From positions 416,001 through 480,000 of the forward strand of contig CBDFLQ010000006.1 in assembly GCA_965249275.1 (NCBI GenBank): a stretch of DNA of 64,000 nucleotides. Reading direction: 5' to 3'. The notes under the pieces are model-generated. The model made no database searches and had not been told where the DNA came from. It saw nothing but the letters and a program-made list of their open reading frames with translations. Of this stretch, positions 19,106 through 29,657 are shown piece after piece. The position numbers and the translations under genes were made by a program. Each line of letters begins with the position of its first letter. The first letter of the stretch is position 1. The DNA is from Dehalococcoidia bacterium (lineage in GTDB: Bacteria > Chloroflexota > Dehalococcoidia > Plut-88900).

Positions 19106-19477
19106 ATGCAACTGGGCGCCTTTTCGATCAGCCTCGCCGTAAAGAACATCGAGGCTTCAAAAGCATTCTACGAAAAGTTCGGGTTCGAAGTCGTCGGGGG
19201 AGACCAATCCCAGAACTGGCTGATCCTCAGGAACTCCGGCCACACCATAGGACTCTTTCAGGGCATGTTCGAAAGCAACATCCTCACCTTTAACCCAGGC
19301 TGGGACGCCGAGGCCCAACCCTTGGACTCCTTCACCGACGTCCGTGAACTCCAACGTCAGCTGAAAGCAAAGGGCGTACAACTGGTCAGCGAAGCCGATG
19401 AAGAAACCACGGGCCCGGCCAGCCTTGTAGCTATCGACCCCGACGGAAATACCATCCTCGTCGACCAACACGTCTGA
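19106..19477 (+). CDS. VOC/glyoxalase family protein
   Basis: [19 protein letters not shown] and [11 protein letters not shown] motifs. Confidence 0.9.
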   Translation: MQLGAFSISLAVKNIEASKAFYEKFGFEVVGGDQSQNWLILRNSGHTIGLFQGMFESNILTFNPGWDAEAQPLDSFTDVRELQRQLKAKGVQLVSEADEETTGPASLVAIDPDGNTILVDQHV

Positions 19478-19488
19478 TAACGCGTCCC

Positions 19489-21045
19489 CTACCCCACCAC
19501 CCCTTCCTTCCAGTCCCTCAGAATCTCGTGAGCGGCATTATGCCCCGGCGCCCCGGTAACAGTGCCCCCCGGATGCGTCCCCGCTCCACACAAATACAGG
19601 CTCTCAATCGGGGTCCTGTAGTCCGCCCACCCCGAAAATGGCCTGTGCTGAAACACCTGCCCCGGCACGCACTCGCCGTGAAACATGTGGCCCTGGCTCA
19701 TGAAGATCCGGTCCTCCAACTCCTTCGGCGACACAAAGAAGTAGTCGTCGATGATCTCTTTCAGGTTCGGGATGTACTCAGTCATCAGCTCCACACAATG
19801 CTTAACGTACCCGTCGCCGATGCTGTCCCAATCGCCGTCCTTCAGGTGATAGGGCGCCCATTGCCCGTAGACTGTCATGTAATGCTTGCCCGGCGGCGCC
19901 ATTGACGGGTCCATCACCGAGTGAATAATCCCGGTCAGATACGGCTCCCTCGCAGGTTGACCGAACTTGGCCTCGTCCCAGGCCCGCTCTAGGTATTCGA
20001 CAGTAGGTGCTATCCAAAACAGCCCTTGGTGCTGAGGTCCTGCCCCCCGACCCGGAAACGCCTTGAACTCCGGCAGCCCGCTCATTGCAAAATGGATGTT
20101 GAAGGTCATCCCCTCCGCCGCGATCCCTTCTACCTGGCTTAGGAAATCAGAGTCCAGGTATTCCGGCTCGACCAACTTCTGAAACGTCCTCTTGGGGTCA
20201 GCGTTGGATATCACAACCCTAGCCTCTATCTTCCGTCCATCCTTAAGCTCCACCCCCACCGCCCGACCCCTCTTCACACTGATCGAGGCCACCTCTGCAT
20301 CCATATAAACCTCCGCCCCGAGACTCCGCGCCGCCCCTGCAATGGCCTGCGTTATCGTTCCCATCCCTCCCGGAACCCGACCCCAAGCCGTTCCCGGCTC
20401 CGGCCAGTAGTGCAGCATCATGTACGCAGATCCCGCCGACATCGGCCCCATCCCTATCCCAGTCATCCCCCTCGGCGCAATCGACGCCTTCACTTCTTCC
20501 GACTCAAACCTCGCGTCTAGGAACCCCTTCATCGAGCCAAACATGATCTCCCGAAACGCTCTCGACTCCCCCGCCTCGGCAAATCGCCCCTCTACCTCCC
20601 CCACCGACAACGGTGGCCGCAGTTCTAGCGACGGCTTCATGATCGAAGCAAGCCTGTCCATCTGCTGCTCAAATTTCAGATAAGCCTGCGCATCCCTCTC
20701 GGAGAATTTAGCAACCTCGGCCATGCTCTTCGCCGGGTCCCGCCAGAACTGGATGTACCGTCCATCCGGGAATAGATGTAGCCGGTGCGGGTCAAACGGC
20801 ACAAGCCCAAATCCGAACTTCTCTAGCTCCAAGTCTCGGATTATCTTAGTCTTCAGCAGCCCCCCAATCTGTGCCGCCGTACAGACCTTGTATCCAGGGA
20901 ATATCTCTTCCGTTACACACGCTCCACCCACCATCGAACGCTGCTCCAGGACGGCAACTTTAAGACCGGCCTTGGCCAAGTAGGCAGCGCACACCAGCCC
21001 ATTGTGCCCACCGCCGACTATCGCCGCATCGTATTGCTCTTTCAT
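19489..21045 (-). CDS. Phytoene-dehydrogenase-like FAD oxidoreductase
   Basis: GGGHNGL, GGACVTEE, PGGMG and LYLCGAGTHPGGTVTGAPG motifs. Confidence 0.9.
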   Translation of the reverse strand: MKEQYDAAIVGGGHNGLVCAAYLAKAGLKVAVLEQRSMVGGACVTEEIFPGYKVCTAAQIGGLLKTKIIRDLELEKFGFGLVPFDPHRLHLFPDGRYIQFWRDPAKSMAEVAKFSERDAQAYLKFEQQMDRLASIMKPSLELRPPLSVGEVEGRFAEAGESRAFREIMFGSMKGFLDARFESEEVKASIAPRGMTGIGMGPMSAGSAYMMLHYWPEPGTAWGRVPGGMGTITQAIAGAARSLGAEVYMDAEVASISVKRGRAVGVELKDGRKIEARVVISNADPKRTFQKLVEPEYLDSDFLSQVEGIAAEGMTFNIHFAMSGLPEFKAFPGRGAGPQHQGLFWIAPTVEYLERAWDEAKFGQPAREPYLTGIIHSVMDPSMAPPGKHYMTVYGQWAPYHLKDGDWDSIGDGYVKHCVELMTEYIPNLKEIIDDYFFVSPKELEDRIFMSQGHMFHGECVPGQVFQHRPFSGWADYRTPIESLYLCGAGTHPGGTVTGAPGHNAAHEILRDWKEGVVG

Positions 21046-21051
21046 GGCGGC

Positions 21052-22077
21052 CTACCGGGCCCCGAGCACTTCCTTGATAACCGGCTTGCAGATGCCCTGT
21101 CCCCAGAGCGGCAGGACCATCGAGTGCCCCCCCGCCGGCCCGCCCGCCACGAAGGTCAGAAAGTCCTCTGCCGTGTTCTGGGCAACGTCACCCTCGCCCG
21201 ATGACCCTGGGAACACCGCTCCTGCTAGCGCTCCCCTTTGTCCCTTATCTGGAGCCAGAGTGGGTCGCAGTTCGTTGGCTTTGGATGCAATGTATTCTTT
21301 GACCTGCTCTTTCGACCAGCCGGCCCCGGCTATGATCGCCGCATGCTCGGGACTTATCACTACTATCGCTCCCCCATGACAACGCTCGGTCGATGCAATA
21401 GTGTGCGCAATCACGTCCAGGATGCTCTCCGGATCATGGTCCCTCTGGTTGAACGCCTCCATCGGGTGCCCGACCGGCAGCAGAGTCACCGTGCTCGACT
21501 CCAATGAAAAGCCATTCTCCACATGGTAGGGGCTCCAGGGGCTGGCTTCCTCGTTCTCCCCGAAACACATCGTGTATCGACCCGAATGCCCGAACGCCGA
21601 CTTATCCGTCACTCCCGGAATCTCCCGGCACACGTTCATCAACACCAGCCTCAGTGCTCGCCCGATAGTCGCATTCGCCCGCCGCCCGGGTCCCAGCAGG
21701 TTCCAGCCGCAGTTCAGGTCTATCTCCGCCCTAACCGGACCGTTTATCACAACCATCGCTGCCGAAGCCCCAGTAGTCTCCGCCAGCGCCGAGGCATTAA
21801 AGCTGGGTTCAAACAAACCCCTGATGGCAGCGACTACCACCGGGGCATACTCAGGCAGGCACCCGGCCATCACGGCATTGATGGCGACCTTGTCAGCAAT
21901 GACCCGCCAGTTCCTGCTGACCCGAGTCCCTAACACCTCTTGCGCCCCCACCCCCGCTGCCTCCAGAAACCGCTCTACAGACTCCGACGTTGGCGGTACA
22001 ACGGGTAGACCGTCAGTCAGCCCCTCCCGATAGAAATGCTCTATAACCTCTACCGCATCCGACACAGGGTCCGCCAT
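21052..22077 (-). CDS. Conserved hypothetical protein (TDGLPVVPPT family)
   Basis: TDGLPVVPPT, KVAINAVMAGC, RANATIGRAL and ENEEASPW motifs. Confidence 0.8.
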   Translation of the reverse strand: MADPVSDAVEVIEHFYREGLTDGLPVVPPTSESVERFLEAAGVGAQEVLGTRVSRNWRVIADKVAINAVMAGCLPEYAPVVVAAIRGLFEPSFNASALAETTGASAAMVVINGPVRAEIDLNCGWNLLGPGRRANATIGRALRLVLMNVCREIPGVTDKSAFGHSGRYTMCFGENEEASPWSPYHVENGFSLESSTVTLLPVGHPMEAFNQRDHDPESILDVIAHTIASTERCHGGAIVVISPEHAAIIAGAGWSKEQVKEYIASKANELRPTLAPDKGQRGALAGAVFPGSSGEGDVAQNTAEDFLTFVAGGPAGGHSMVLPLWGQGICKPVIKEVLGAR

Positions 22078-22165
22078 CTCAACCTCTCTTCCCTCTCATT
22101 CCAAGCTCTTGACCTTTCCCGGCCCTCGCGCCCGCCCATGTGAAAACCTGAGCCCCTTGAGTCCG

Positions 22166-22249
22166 TGTCATTCCGAGGCTCCCCGCCGTAAGTGGAACAT
22201 CCGCCTCTGGATGATCCGCCCGTGGCGGAAGGAATCTAGGACTTGCCCA
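22166..22249 (+). repeat. Type-A repeat with a nested double 22-nt insertion
   Basis: TGTCATTCCGAGGCTCCCCG[22186-22229]AGGAATCTAGGACTTGCCCA; removing 44 nt restores the length of the 2128 and 6343 copies. Confidence 0.88.
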
Positions 22250-22518
22250 CTCACAGTATACCCACCACACCCACCATCCCCGCACCGGTTGATGTTACCC
22301 ACCCCCCACAACCCGGTCAACCGAACCCCACTCCGAGCAAGCCCTATCGTATGCAACCTCCTATATGTTAGTATCCAACATCCCTTGTTAGTCCATAATC
22401 CCTCCTTCAAAAAGGGGTGCAAAAGTGCTGGTTAGTCCCCATACACCAAGGCTAGCCATCCAAGGGGACGCTGAAATGGGTGGACTGCAGTGATAAGGGA
22501 TCGTCAGGGAGGAATCCA

Positions 22519-23763
22519 ATGAAATTTGGTATTTTCACCAATCCGGCTATGCCAGGCGTAATCCCGGACGGCAAAAGATTAGCCCCCATCGGACGGAACA
22601 ACGAGCGTTATCAGGGTCTCCTGGATGAGCTGAAACGCATATGTTTCGCCGCCGAGGAACTGGGCTTCGACTCCTTCTCCACCACCGAGCACCATTTCCA
22701 CTCCGAAGGCATTGAGATGTCCGTCGCCCCCCTCCTTCTCTACACCGACCTCGCTGCCAGAACAAAACGAATAAAGTTCGCTCCCCTCGCCCTGGTCCTT
22801 ACCACCTGGGACCCCATACGCGCCGCCGAGGAGTTGGCCATTCTTGACCACCTTACCAAGGGCCGCATGATGGCCGGATTCGCCCGCGGTTACCAGGACC
22901 GTTGGGTCGGCGTTCTGGGCCAGAAATACCGAGTCAAGGGCACCCAGTCAGACAAGTCCGCCACCAACGAGCGAAACAAAAGACTCTTCGAGGAGAATTG
23001 GCAGGTCGTGAAGGCCGCCTGGACCCAGGAAGTCCTCAGCTTCAAGGGTGAGTTCTACGAAGTCCCCTTTCCTTACGAAGAAGGAATACAAGGCTGGGCC
23101 CTCGACCAGATCACCCGAGAGCGTGGCGCACCCGGTGAGATTGATGACGAAGGCGTAATCCGCGGCATCTCCGTAGTCCCGAAACCCTACCAATTGCCCT
23201 ACCCCCCCGTTTTCATGGCATTCTCCCTCAGCGAGTCCAGCATCAGGTTTGCCGCTAGAGAGGGAATGATCTCCCAGATACAGGTATCCCGCCCCGACGA
23301 CTTCAAACGTCTGTGCCATGTCTACCAGGAAGTGGCCGCCGAGAACGGCAGAGATTTGGGGCTCGGCGAGAATGTAGCCGCTCCCCGCTACATTTACCTG
23401 GGCAAGACCTATGAGGAAGCCCTAGCACGTGCCGAGAGAACTCTGGGCTGGCAATACGACGAATACTTCGGCGCATTCGGGTTCATGGAAGCATTTCGTA
23501 ACGACGATGATCCCGAGGAGCCAAAACCCCTACGCTTCAAGAATGCCGCCGAGGTCACCCAGCGACTCATCGAGCACCAGTACGCCCTCGTCGGCACCGT
23601 CGATGACGTCAAACGCCAAATGGAGTCCCTGTCCCGTTGCTACGATGGCGGAAACTTGGAATGGTTCTCCTATCAGCTTGACCAAGGCTACATGCCCATA
23701 GATGAGGCCATGGACCAGCTGGAGACCTTTGGCACTAAAATCATGCCCGAGTTTCAAGGTTAA
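22519..23763 (+). CDS. LLM-class flavin-dependent monooxygenase
   Basis: AEELGFD...EHHF, PIRAAEELAILDHLTKGR and PKPYQ..YPP motifs; GGAGG RBS before ATG 22519. Confidence 0.92.
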   Translation: MKFGIFTNPAMPGVIPDGKRLAPIGRNNERYQGLLDELKRICFAAEELGFDSFSTTEHHFHSEGIEMSVAPLLLYTDLAARTKRIKFAPLALVLTTWDPIRAAEELAILDHLTKGRMMAGFARGYQDRWVGVLGQKYRVKGTQSDKSATNERNKRLFEENWQVVKAAWTQEVLSFKGEFYEVPFPYEEGIQGWALDQITRERGAPGEIDDEGVIRGISVVPKPYQLPYPPVFMAFSLSESSIRFAAREGMISQIQVSRPDDFKRLCHVYQEVAAENGRDLGLGENVAAPRYIYLGKTYEEALARAERTLGWQYDEYFGAFGFMEAFRNDDDPEEPKPLRFKNAAEVTQRLIEHQYALVGTVDDVKRQMESLSRCYDGGNLEWFSYQLDQGYMPIDEAMDQLETFGTKIMPEFQG

Positions 23764-23844
23764 TCATCCGTCCGTAGCAGCTCGGCCGTATACAAATAGT
23801 GCGGATTGGTGCTCTTGTAACCGAGAGGGAGAAGCCCCGATAGC

Positions 23845-24978
23845 ATGACTAAGGTTGTAGACGCAGACGGCCACATCCTGGAACCATCCGACCTCTGGGA
23901 GAAAAACCTCGAGCCCGAGTACCGCGACCGCCCGATTCGTATCAGGATGGACTCGGACGGGCTGGAGTATATGGAGCTTGAGGGAAAGAAGTCCGCCTGC
24001 GTCAGCGGCGGAGGCTTCAACAGCTTCGGCAGCCTGGACGCCGACATTAAGTCCCTCCGTGAAACCTCCGAGGGAGCCGGTGGTCCGACTTACGAGGAAA
24101 GCGTCCCCGAGGGTGCCCGCAACTTCGATGTCCGCCTTGCTTGGATGGACCATCATGGCATCGACATCGCCATCGTCTACCCGTCCCTCCTGCTGGGCTG
24201 GCAGGACGAGGTCAATGACCCCGGCCTGGCCTCAGCCTACTGCCGGGTCTATAACACCTGGCTCACCGATCTCTGCCGTCCCTACTCTGACCGTATGGTC
24301 CCCATCGCCCATGTCGCCCTTCACAACATTGAGGACGCCGTGATCGAGGTGAATCGAGCCGCCAAACTCGGTGCCCGTGGCGTCTACCTGTTCGCCACCC
24401 CAGTCTACGATATCCCCTACGGCGACCGACGCTATGATCCGTTCTGGGAAGCCTGCCAGGACCTCAACCTGCCCTTGGGTATCCACGTCAGCAACACCCC
24501 CAAACACGCCGGGAATCACCTCTACCAGGGCGGCTTCCACTCCAACTACTGGTGGTTCAACGTCATGTACAACCAGGACTGCCAGATGGCCTTCACTTCT
24601 TTCTTCCAGGGCGGCGTCTTCGAACGGTTCCCCAGATTAAGTGTCGGTGTGGTCGAGACCGGTTGCGGGTGGATAGCCCATTGGCTTGAACTCCTGGACT
24701 CAAAATACAAGATCACCGGCCACCCCGAGCTCAATATGCTCCCCAGCGAGTATTTCGACCGGCAGGGCTGGATTACCGGCGAAGCCGACGAAAAGACCTT
24801 CCCCCACATGGCCCAGCTCGTCGGCGCACACAAGCTCATGTTCGGCTCCGACTATCCCCACGAAGAAGGCCACGAGGAGCCCGTTGCCGAGCTAAAGGAG
24901 ACCATTGGGCCCCTTTCGCAGGAAGATCAGGACATGATCCTGGGCGGAAACGCCTTGAGAATCTACAACCTCGACTAG
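23845..24978 (+). CDS. Amidohydrolase_2 family protein
   Basis: DADGH, YPS, GIH, ETGCGW and FGSDYPH motifs. Confidence 0.92.
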   Translation: MTKVVDADGHILEPSDLWEKNLEPEYRDRPIRIRMDSDGLEYMELEGKKSACVSGGGFNSFGSLDADIKSLRETSEGAGGPTYEESVPEGARNFDVRLAWMDHHGIDIAIVYPSLLLGWQDEVNDPGLASAYCRVYNTWLTDLCRPYSDRMVPIAHVALHNIEDAVIEVNRAAKLGARGVYLFATPVYDIPYGDRRYDPFWEACQDLNLPLGIHVSNTPKHAGNHLYQGGFHSNYWWFNVMYNQDCQMAFTSFFQGGVFERFPRLSVGVVETGCGWIAHWLELLDSKYKITGHPELNMLPSEYFDRQGWITGEADEKTFPHMAQLVGAHKLMFGSDYPHEEGHEEPVAELKETIGPLSQEDQDMILGGNALRIYNLD

Positions 24979-25140
24979 GCCACACACAATCAGCTATAGG
25001 CCTACGTTTTTCAGCCTGTATTGTCAGGTTTTTAGGTTAGCTTTATCGACGATACCCAAGTAATATCCACTTAGTCTTAAGGGAGCCTGGGACAATTGTC
25101 AGGACACTCGTACAATTCTTTCTGACCCGAGAGGAACTAG

Positions 25141-26289
25141 ATGAATAGCCTAGTCGTCGACGTAGATGGGCATGTCGCCGAGCCCATTACCGAGATAATG
25201 GACGAATACCTTGACCCAGAGTTCAAGGATCGCCCACTGCGCCTCCTCAACGATGAAAACGGCCTCGAATACCTCGAAATCAACGGCAAGAAGTCTACCC
25301 TCGTCCAAGGTGGCACCGGCCTAGGCGCCGACGCAGGCAAAGCCTTCGGCGCCGAGGACTACGAGCCCTTCTTCACGCCCGGCGGGGTTCACTACTACGA
25401 CGGAATGATCCCCGCATCCAATCAGCCCGACGCCCGCGCCGCGTGGCACGACCAGGAAGGCATCCACAAGGCCGTTCTCTACCCAACCATAGGCATATCC
25501 TGGGAGGACGAGTGCGACGACCCCAAGGTGGCCTCCGCCTACTGCCGAGCCTACAACGACTGGATTGTCGACTTCTGCAAGTCCCATCCTGACCGGCACT
25601 ACCCCATCGCCCACATCCCCACTCTCGATGCCCACGAGGCCGCCGCCGAGGTCCGGCGCACCGCCGCCTTGGGCGTCAAGGGCTTCATGGTCTACAACAC
25701 CGCCACCAACGGCATCTACTACGGCAACCCCTACTTCGATCCCCTCTACGAGGCCGTCGAAGAGTCAGGCCTGCCCTTGGGCAATCATGTAGTAAGTCAG
25801 ATCAACTATCTCGCCAAGGACCAAAATCGCTCCATCGACACCATGGGTGACGACTTTTACTACGTCACTATGGTCATACCCTTCCAGTCCCAGCTTGCCC
25901 TGATCCACATGATCACAGAGGGCGCATTCGACCGCTTCCCCACTATGAAGTACGTATTCCTGGAGACCGGGGCCACCTGGCTCGCCTACCTGCTTGAACG
26001 CCTTGACGACAAGTTCAAGAGCCAGAGCCATTCCACCACCTTCAAGGAGCAGCCCAGTGACTATTTCCGACGCCAGTGCTGGATCTCCCTCGAACCCGAG
26101 GAAGAGCTGATACCCAACATCATCAACAAGGTCGGCGCAGACAAGTTCTTCTGGGCCTCCGACTTCCCCCACCACGACGGCTTCCCCGGCGTCGTTGAAG
26201 CGATAAGAGACCTCCTCAGCCCCCTGTCCACCGAAGACCTAAACAAGGTCATGGGCCAAAATGCCGTGGACGTATACAACCTGAGATAG
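25141..26289 (+). CDS. Amidohydrolase_2 family protein (paralog)
   Basis: DVDGH, YPT, GNH, ETGATW and WASDFPH motifs. Confidence 0.92.
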   Translation: MNSLVVDVDGHVAEPITEIMDEYLDPEFKDRPLRLLNDENGLEYLEINGKKSTLVQGGTGLGADAGKAFGAEDYEPFFTPGGVHYYDGMIPASNQPDARAAWHDQEGIHKAVLYPTIGISWEDECDDPKVASAYCRAYNDWIVDFCKSHPDRHYPIAHIPTLDAHEAAAEVRRTAALGVKGFMVYNTATNGIYYGNPYFDPLYEAVEESGLPLGNHVVSQINYLAKDQNRSIDTMGDDFYYVTMVIPFQSQLALIHMITEGAFDRFPTMKYVFLETGATWLAYLLERLDDKFKSQSHSTTFKEQPSDYFRRQCWISLEPEEELIPNIINKVGADKFFWASDFPHHDGFPGVVEAIRDLLSPLSTEDLNKVMGQNAVDVYNLR

Positions 26290-26315
26290 CTGCACTACGC
26301 GGGAATCCCCAAAAA

Positions 26316-27551
26316 ATGTCTGCCGAACAGCACATCGCCAATAGCCCCCCCGACAACAACGGTGGCTACCGTCTCGTATGCCGAAACATCTGGAAAATCT
26401 TCGGTGACGGCGCCGATAACCTTGTCGGCTCCATAGACCCTTCCATCTCCCGAGAAGAGCTGCTCGCGCAAACCGGATGCGTCGTCGCGGTCAAAAACGT
26501 CTCTTTCGAGGTTCGCGAAGGCGAGACATTCGTCATCATGGGCCTTTCCGGCAGCGGCAAGTCCACCTTGGTCCGTTGCCTTAGCCGCCTCATCGAGCCC
26601 ACCCGAGGCCATATTCTCATAGACGGCGAGGATGTCCTCGCTATGAACAAGCAGCAACTCCGCGACATCCGCCGTTACAAGATGGGCATGGTCTTCCAGC
26701 ATTTTGGCAACTTCCCCCACAAGAGAGTCATGGAAAACGTCGTCTATGGCCTCCAGATCCAGGGCATGGACAAGGTTAAGCGCAACAAGCGCGCCGCGGA
26801 TGTGATAGAGCTGGTTGGATTGATGGGATGGGAAGAGCGCTACCCCCACGAGTTGAGCGGAGGAATGCAGCAGCGCGTAGGCCTCGCCCGAGCCCTCGCC
26901 GTCGACCCCCAGATCCTCCTCTTCGACGAACCCTTCAGCGCCCTCGACCCCCTAATCCGGCGGGAAATGCAGGACCAGCTAATCAAGCTCCAGCAGCTTG
27001 TACAAAAGACCATGGTCTTCATAACCCACGACTTCCTTGAAGCTCTTAAGGTCGGCGACCGGGTCGCCATTATGAAAGACGGAGAGTTCGTCCAGGTAGG
27101 CACACCGGAAGAAGTCGTCTCAGCTCCCACAAACGACTACGTCCGGGACTTCACCCGAGACGTCCCAAGGTCCAAAGTGCTCACCGCCCGTTCCGTCATG
27201 ACCCCAGCCCGAGTCTATTCCACCACCGACGAGAGATTGGCAGATCTGACCGCCAGAATGAATGACCAGGATTGTGACTGCGCCGTGGTCGTAGACAATC
27301 AGAATAACTTCCGAGGAACGGTGCAGTTGTCGGACATCGCCAGTGGCTCCACCGACAACGCCAGCGTCGCCTCCGTCATGCGCGACTCATGTCCCACCGC
27401 CCAACCCGGGACCCGTCTGGAACAACTCATCCCTCTAGTTATCTCCAACGATGATCCCATCGCCGTCCTTGATGATACCCAATGCGTCGGCACCATCAGC
27501 CGCCAGGCCGCCATGTCTGCCCTAATTAGCGACGATGGGGTGGCCACGTGA
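26316..27551 (+). CDS. proV: Glycine betaine/proline-type ABC ATP-binding protein with CBS domains
   Basis: GLSGSGKST, LSGGMQQRVGLARAL, DEPFSALDPLIR; C-terminal CBS pair. Confidence 0.9.
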   Translation: MSAEQHIANSPPDNNGGYRLVCRNIWKIFGDGADNLVGSIDPSISREELLAQTGCVVAVKNVSFEVREGETFVIMGLSGSGKSTLVRCLSRLIEPTRGHILIDGEDVLAMNKQQLRDIRRYKMGMVFQHFGNFPHKRVMENVVYGLQIQGMDKVKRNKRAADVIELVGLMGWEERYPHELSGGMQQRVGLARALAVDPQILLFDEPFSALDPLIRREMQDQLIKLQQLVQKTMVFITHDFLEALKVGDRVAIMKDGEFVQVGTPEEVVSAPTNDYVRDFTRDVPRSKVLTARSVMTPARVYSTTDERLADLTARMNDQDCDCAVVVDNQNNFRGTVQLSDIASGSTDNASVASVMRDSCPTAQPGTRLEQLIPLVISNDDPIAVLDDTQCVGTISRQAAMSALISDDGVAT

Positions 27552-29539
27552 TACGCGTAGGCGCCCTTCCCACTCAGATACGCCGCGGCGGAGGCCGGTA
27601 CCGGACCTATTTATGGGCTGCCGCAGCCGTCTCCGCCTACCTTTTGGCCTACTCCCTCGCCCAAACCAACGCAGGCACCGAATTCGGAGACTGGCCGGAG
27701 CGCTGGGAGTTGCCTATTCAGGAACCCATAGACAACTTTTTCGATTGGGTAGGCGACACCTTCTCATGGTTCTTCGACCCCATCTCCGACGTCATAGATG
27801 CAGTCCTGTCCTGGATTGACTCCTTCCTACTCTGGCTCCCTTGGCCCGTGGTAGTCGGCACTACCGCCTTGGTCGGTTTCAGGCTGGGTGGCAAATGGCT
27901 GGGCCTGTTCTGCGGAGCAGCGACTCTGTATATAGGCCTGAACGGCTACTGGGACTCCGCGATGCTCACCCTGAGCGTGGTGGCTGTTTCGGTATTGATC
28001 GCTGTCGCCTTTGGAGTCGCAGTCGGCATCCTGGCTGCATCCAGCAACCGGTTCGAGTCAATCGTACGACCCATCCTGGACACCATGCAGGTCCTGCCCG
28101 CCTTCGTCTATCTAATTCCCGCCTTGATCTTCTTCGGGGTGAGTGGTACTCAGGGAGTGTTCCTCACCGTCGTCTATGCGATTCCACCCGTCATCCGGCT
28201 CACGAACCTCGGCATCAGGCAAGTGCCGCGCGCCACCATAGAGACTGCCTACTCCCACGGGTCCACGACGCTTCAGACCCTCTTACAGGTGCAATTGCCC
28301 CTCGCTAAAAACTCCATAATGTTAGGCATTAACCAGACCATAATGATGGCCATTGCTATGGTCATCATAACCGCCCTGGTCGGTGTGTCTGGGTTGGGCA
28401 AAGATGTATGGGTCTCGTTGAGGGAAGTCAACGCAGGTGAGGGGTTGGAAAGCGGCATAGCCATTGTGCTTCTTGCCATCATCCTGGACCGCATCAGCTA
28501 CGCCCTATCCCAGTCAGGCCCGACTTACTCCCAAATGGACCCCACTGATGCTAGCCTTTTAGAAGGAACGCTTTCCCAAAGGGTACGGGCGCTATTGATC
28601 CGCTACCCTTACCAACTATTTGGCGTTGCAGTGACAGCCCTCCTTATAGTCGTCGGCTTGATGGTGCCGTTCCTAAATGAGTTCCCTGACGAAATCACCT
28701 TCTCAATGGCCGAGTACATCAACAGTGCTTTCGACTGGATGGCCATTAACCTCCACTTCATCACAAGCTGGATACGGGACAGCCTGTTCCGGGAGCTCGG
28801 TTTCGCTCCCGTCCACACAATGCTTGTTTGGCTGCCGTGGCCCGCGATGATGGTCCTTGCAGGCGCACTGGCGTACTTAACTTCGGGATGGCGGGTTTCC
28901 CTTCTTGCAGTGTCAGGACTAGCTTTCGCCGGCATCGGCGGGGTTTGGGACGTGACCATGGACACCCTGAGCCAAGTTCTGACAGCGGGAGTCTTCACAG
29001 TGGTGTTGGGTCTCGCACTGGGAGTCTTCGCCTCTCAGAACAAGACTTTCGAGTCCATCCTCCGCCCCATCCTGGACACCATGCAGACGATGCCTATTTT
29101 CGTCTACCTAATCCCCGTCATCATGCTCTGGGGCATCGGGCCCCTTGTCGGCATCATAGCCACCGCCGTATATGCCCTTCCACCCGTGGTCCGTATGACC
29201 AGCCTGGGCCTTAAGCAAGTTCCGCCCCAGGTGATAGAAACCGCCCAGTCTCACGGTTCCACTGGCCTCCAGACCATGTTGCAAGTGCGGATGCCTCTGG
29301 CCTTCCCCACTATAATGATGGGCGTCAACCAGACCATTATCATGGTTCTGGCCATGGTAATCATCGCCGGGCTTGTGGGAGGGGGCGGCCTCGGACAGGA
29401 AGTGTACATCAATTCCATATACCTCAGGATGGGCCATGGCCTTATATCCGGCATGACCATCGTATTCATGGCCATGGTTTTGGATCGTATGACCCAGGGC
29501 AACCAGGGAACCATGAAAGCGTTTGCTGCAGTGAGATAG
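27548..29539 (+). CDS. proW: Betaine-type ABC permease with a duplicated ProW domain
   Basis: Two copies of RPILDTMQ..P.FVYLIP...PPV.R.T.LG...NQTI. Confidence 0.88.
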   Translation: MIRVGALPTQIRRGGGRYRTYLWAAAAVSAYLLAYSLAQTNAGTEFGDWPERWELPIQEPIDNFFDWVGDTFSWFFDPISDVIDAVLSWIDSFLLWLPWPVVVGTTALVGFRLGGKWLGLFCGAATLYIGLNGYWDSAMLTLSVVAVSVLIAVAFGVAVGILAASSNRFESIVRPILDTMQVLPAFVYLIPALIFFGVSGTQGVFLTVVYAIPPVIRLTNLGIRQVPRATIETAYSHGSTTLQTLLQVQLPLAKNSIMLGINQTIMMAIAMVIITALVGVSGLGKDVWVSLREVNAGEGLESGIAIVLLAIILDRISYALSQSGPTYSQMDPTDASLLEGTLSQRVRALLIRYPYQLFGVAVTALLIVVGLMVPFLNEFPDEITFSMAEYINSAFDWMAINLHFITSWIRDSLFRELGFAPVHTMLVWLPWPAMMVLAGALAYLTSGWRVSLLAVSGLAFAGIGGVWDVTMDTLSQVLTAGVFTVVLGLALGVFASQNKTFESILRPILDTMQTMPIFVYLIPVIMLWGIGPLVGIIATAVYALPPVVRMTSLGLKQVPPQVIETAQSHGSTGLQTMLQVRMPLAFPTIMMGVNQTIIMVLAMVIIAGLVGGGGLGQEVYINSIYLRMGHGLISGMTIVFMAMVLDRMTQGNQGTMKAFAAVR

Positions 29540-29657
29540 TAAAGTTTTATCATGAGGCCCTGTAGGCCATCAAAGGAGCGGTGCCTATGAGAGAATAGCT
29601 TCCACCTCTAAGTTCGGAACATCACTTTAACCTCCCAACACGGAAGGGAGAAACGAA

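Noticed and set aside
25016-25103. Repeated ATTGTCAGG and a GACAATTGTC palindrome between the amidohydrolase genes
   Set aside because: Could be an operator, but it is too short to support without a regulator or comparative data.
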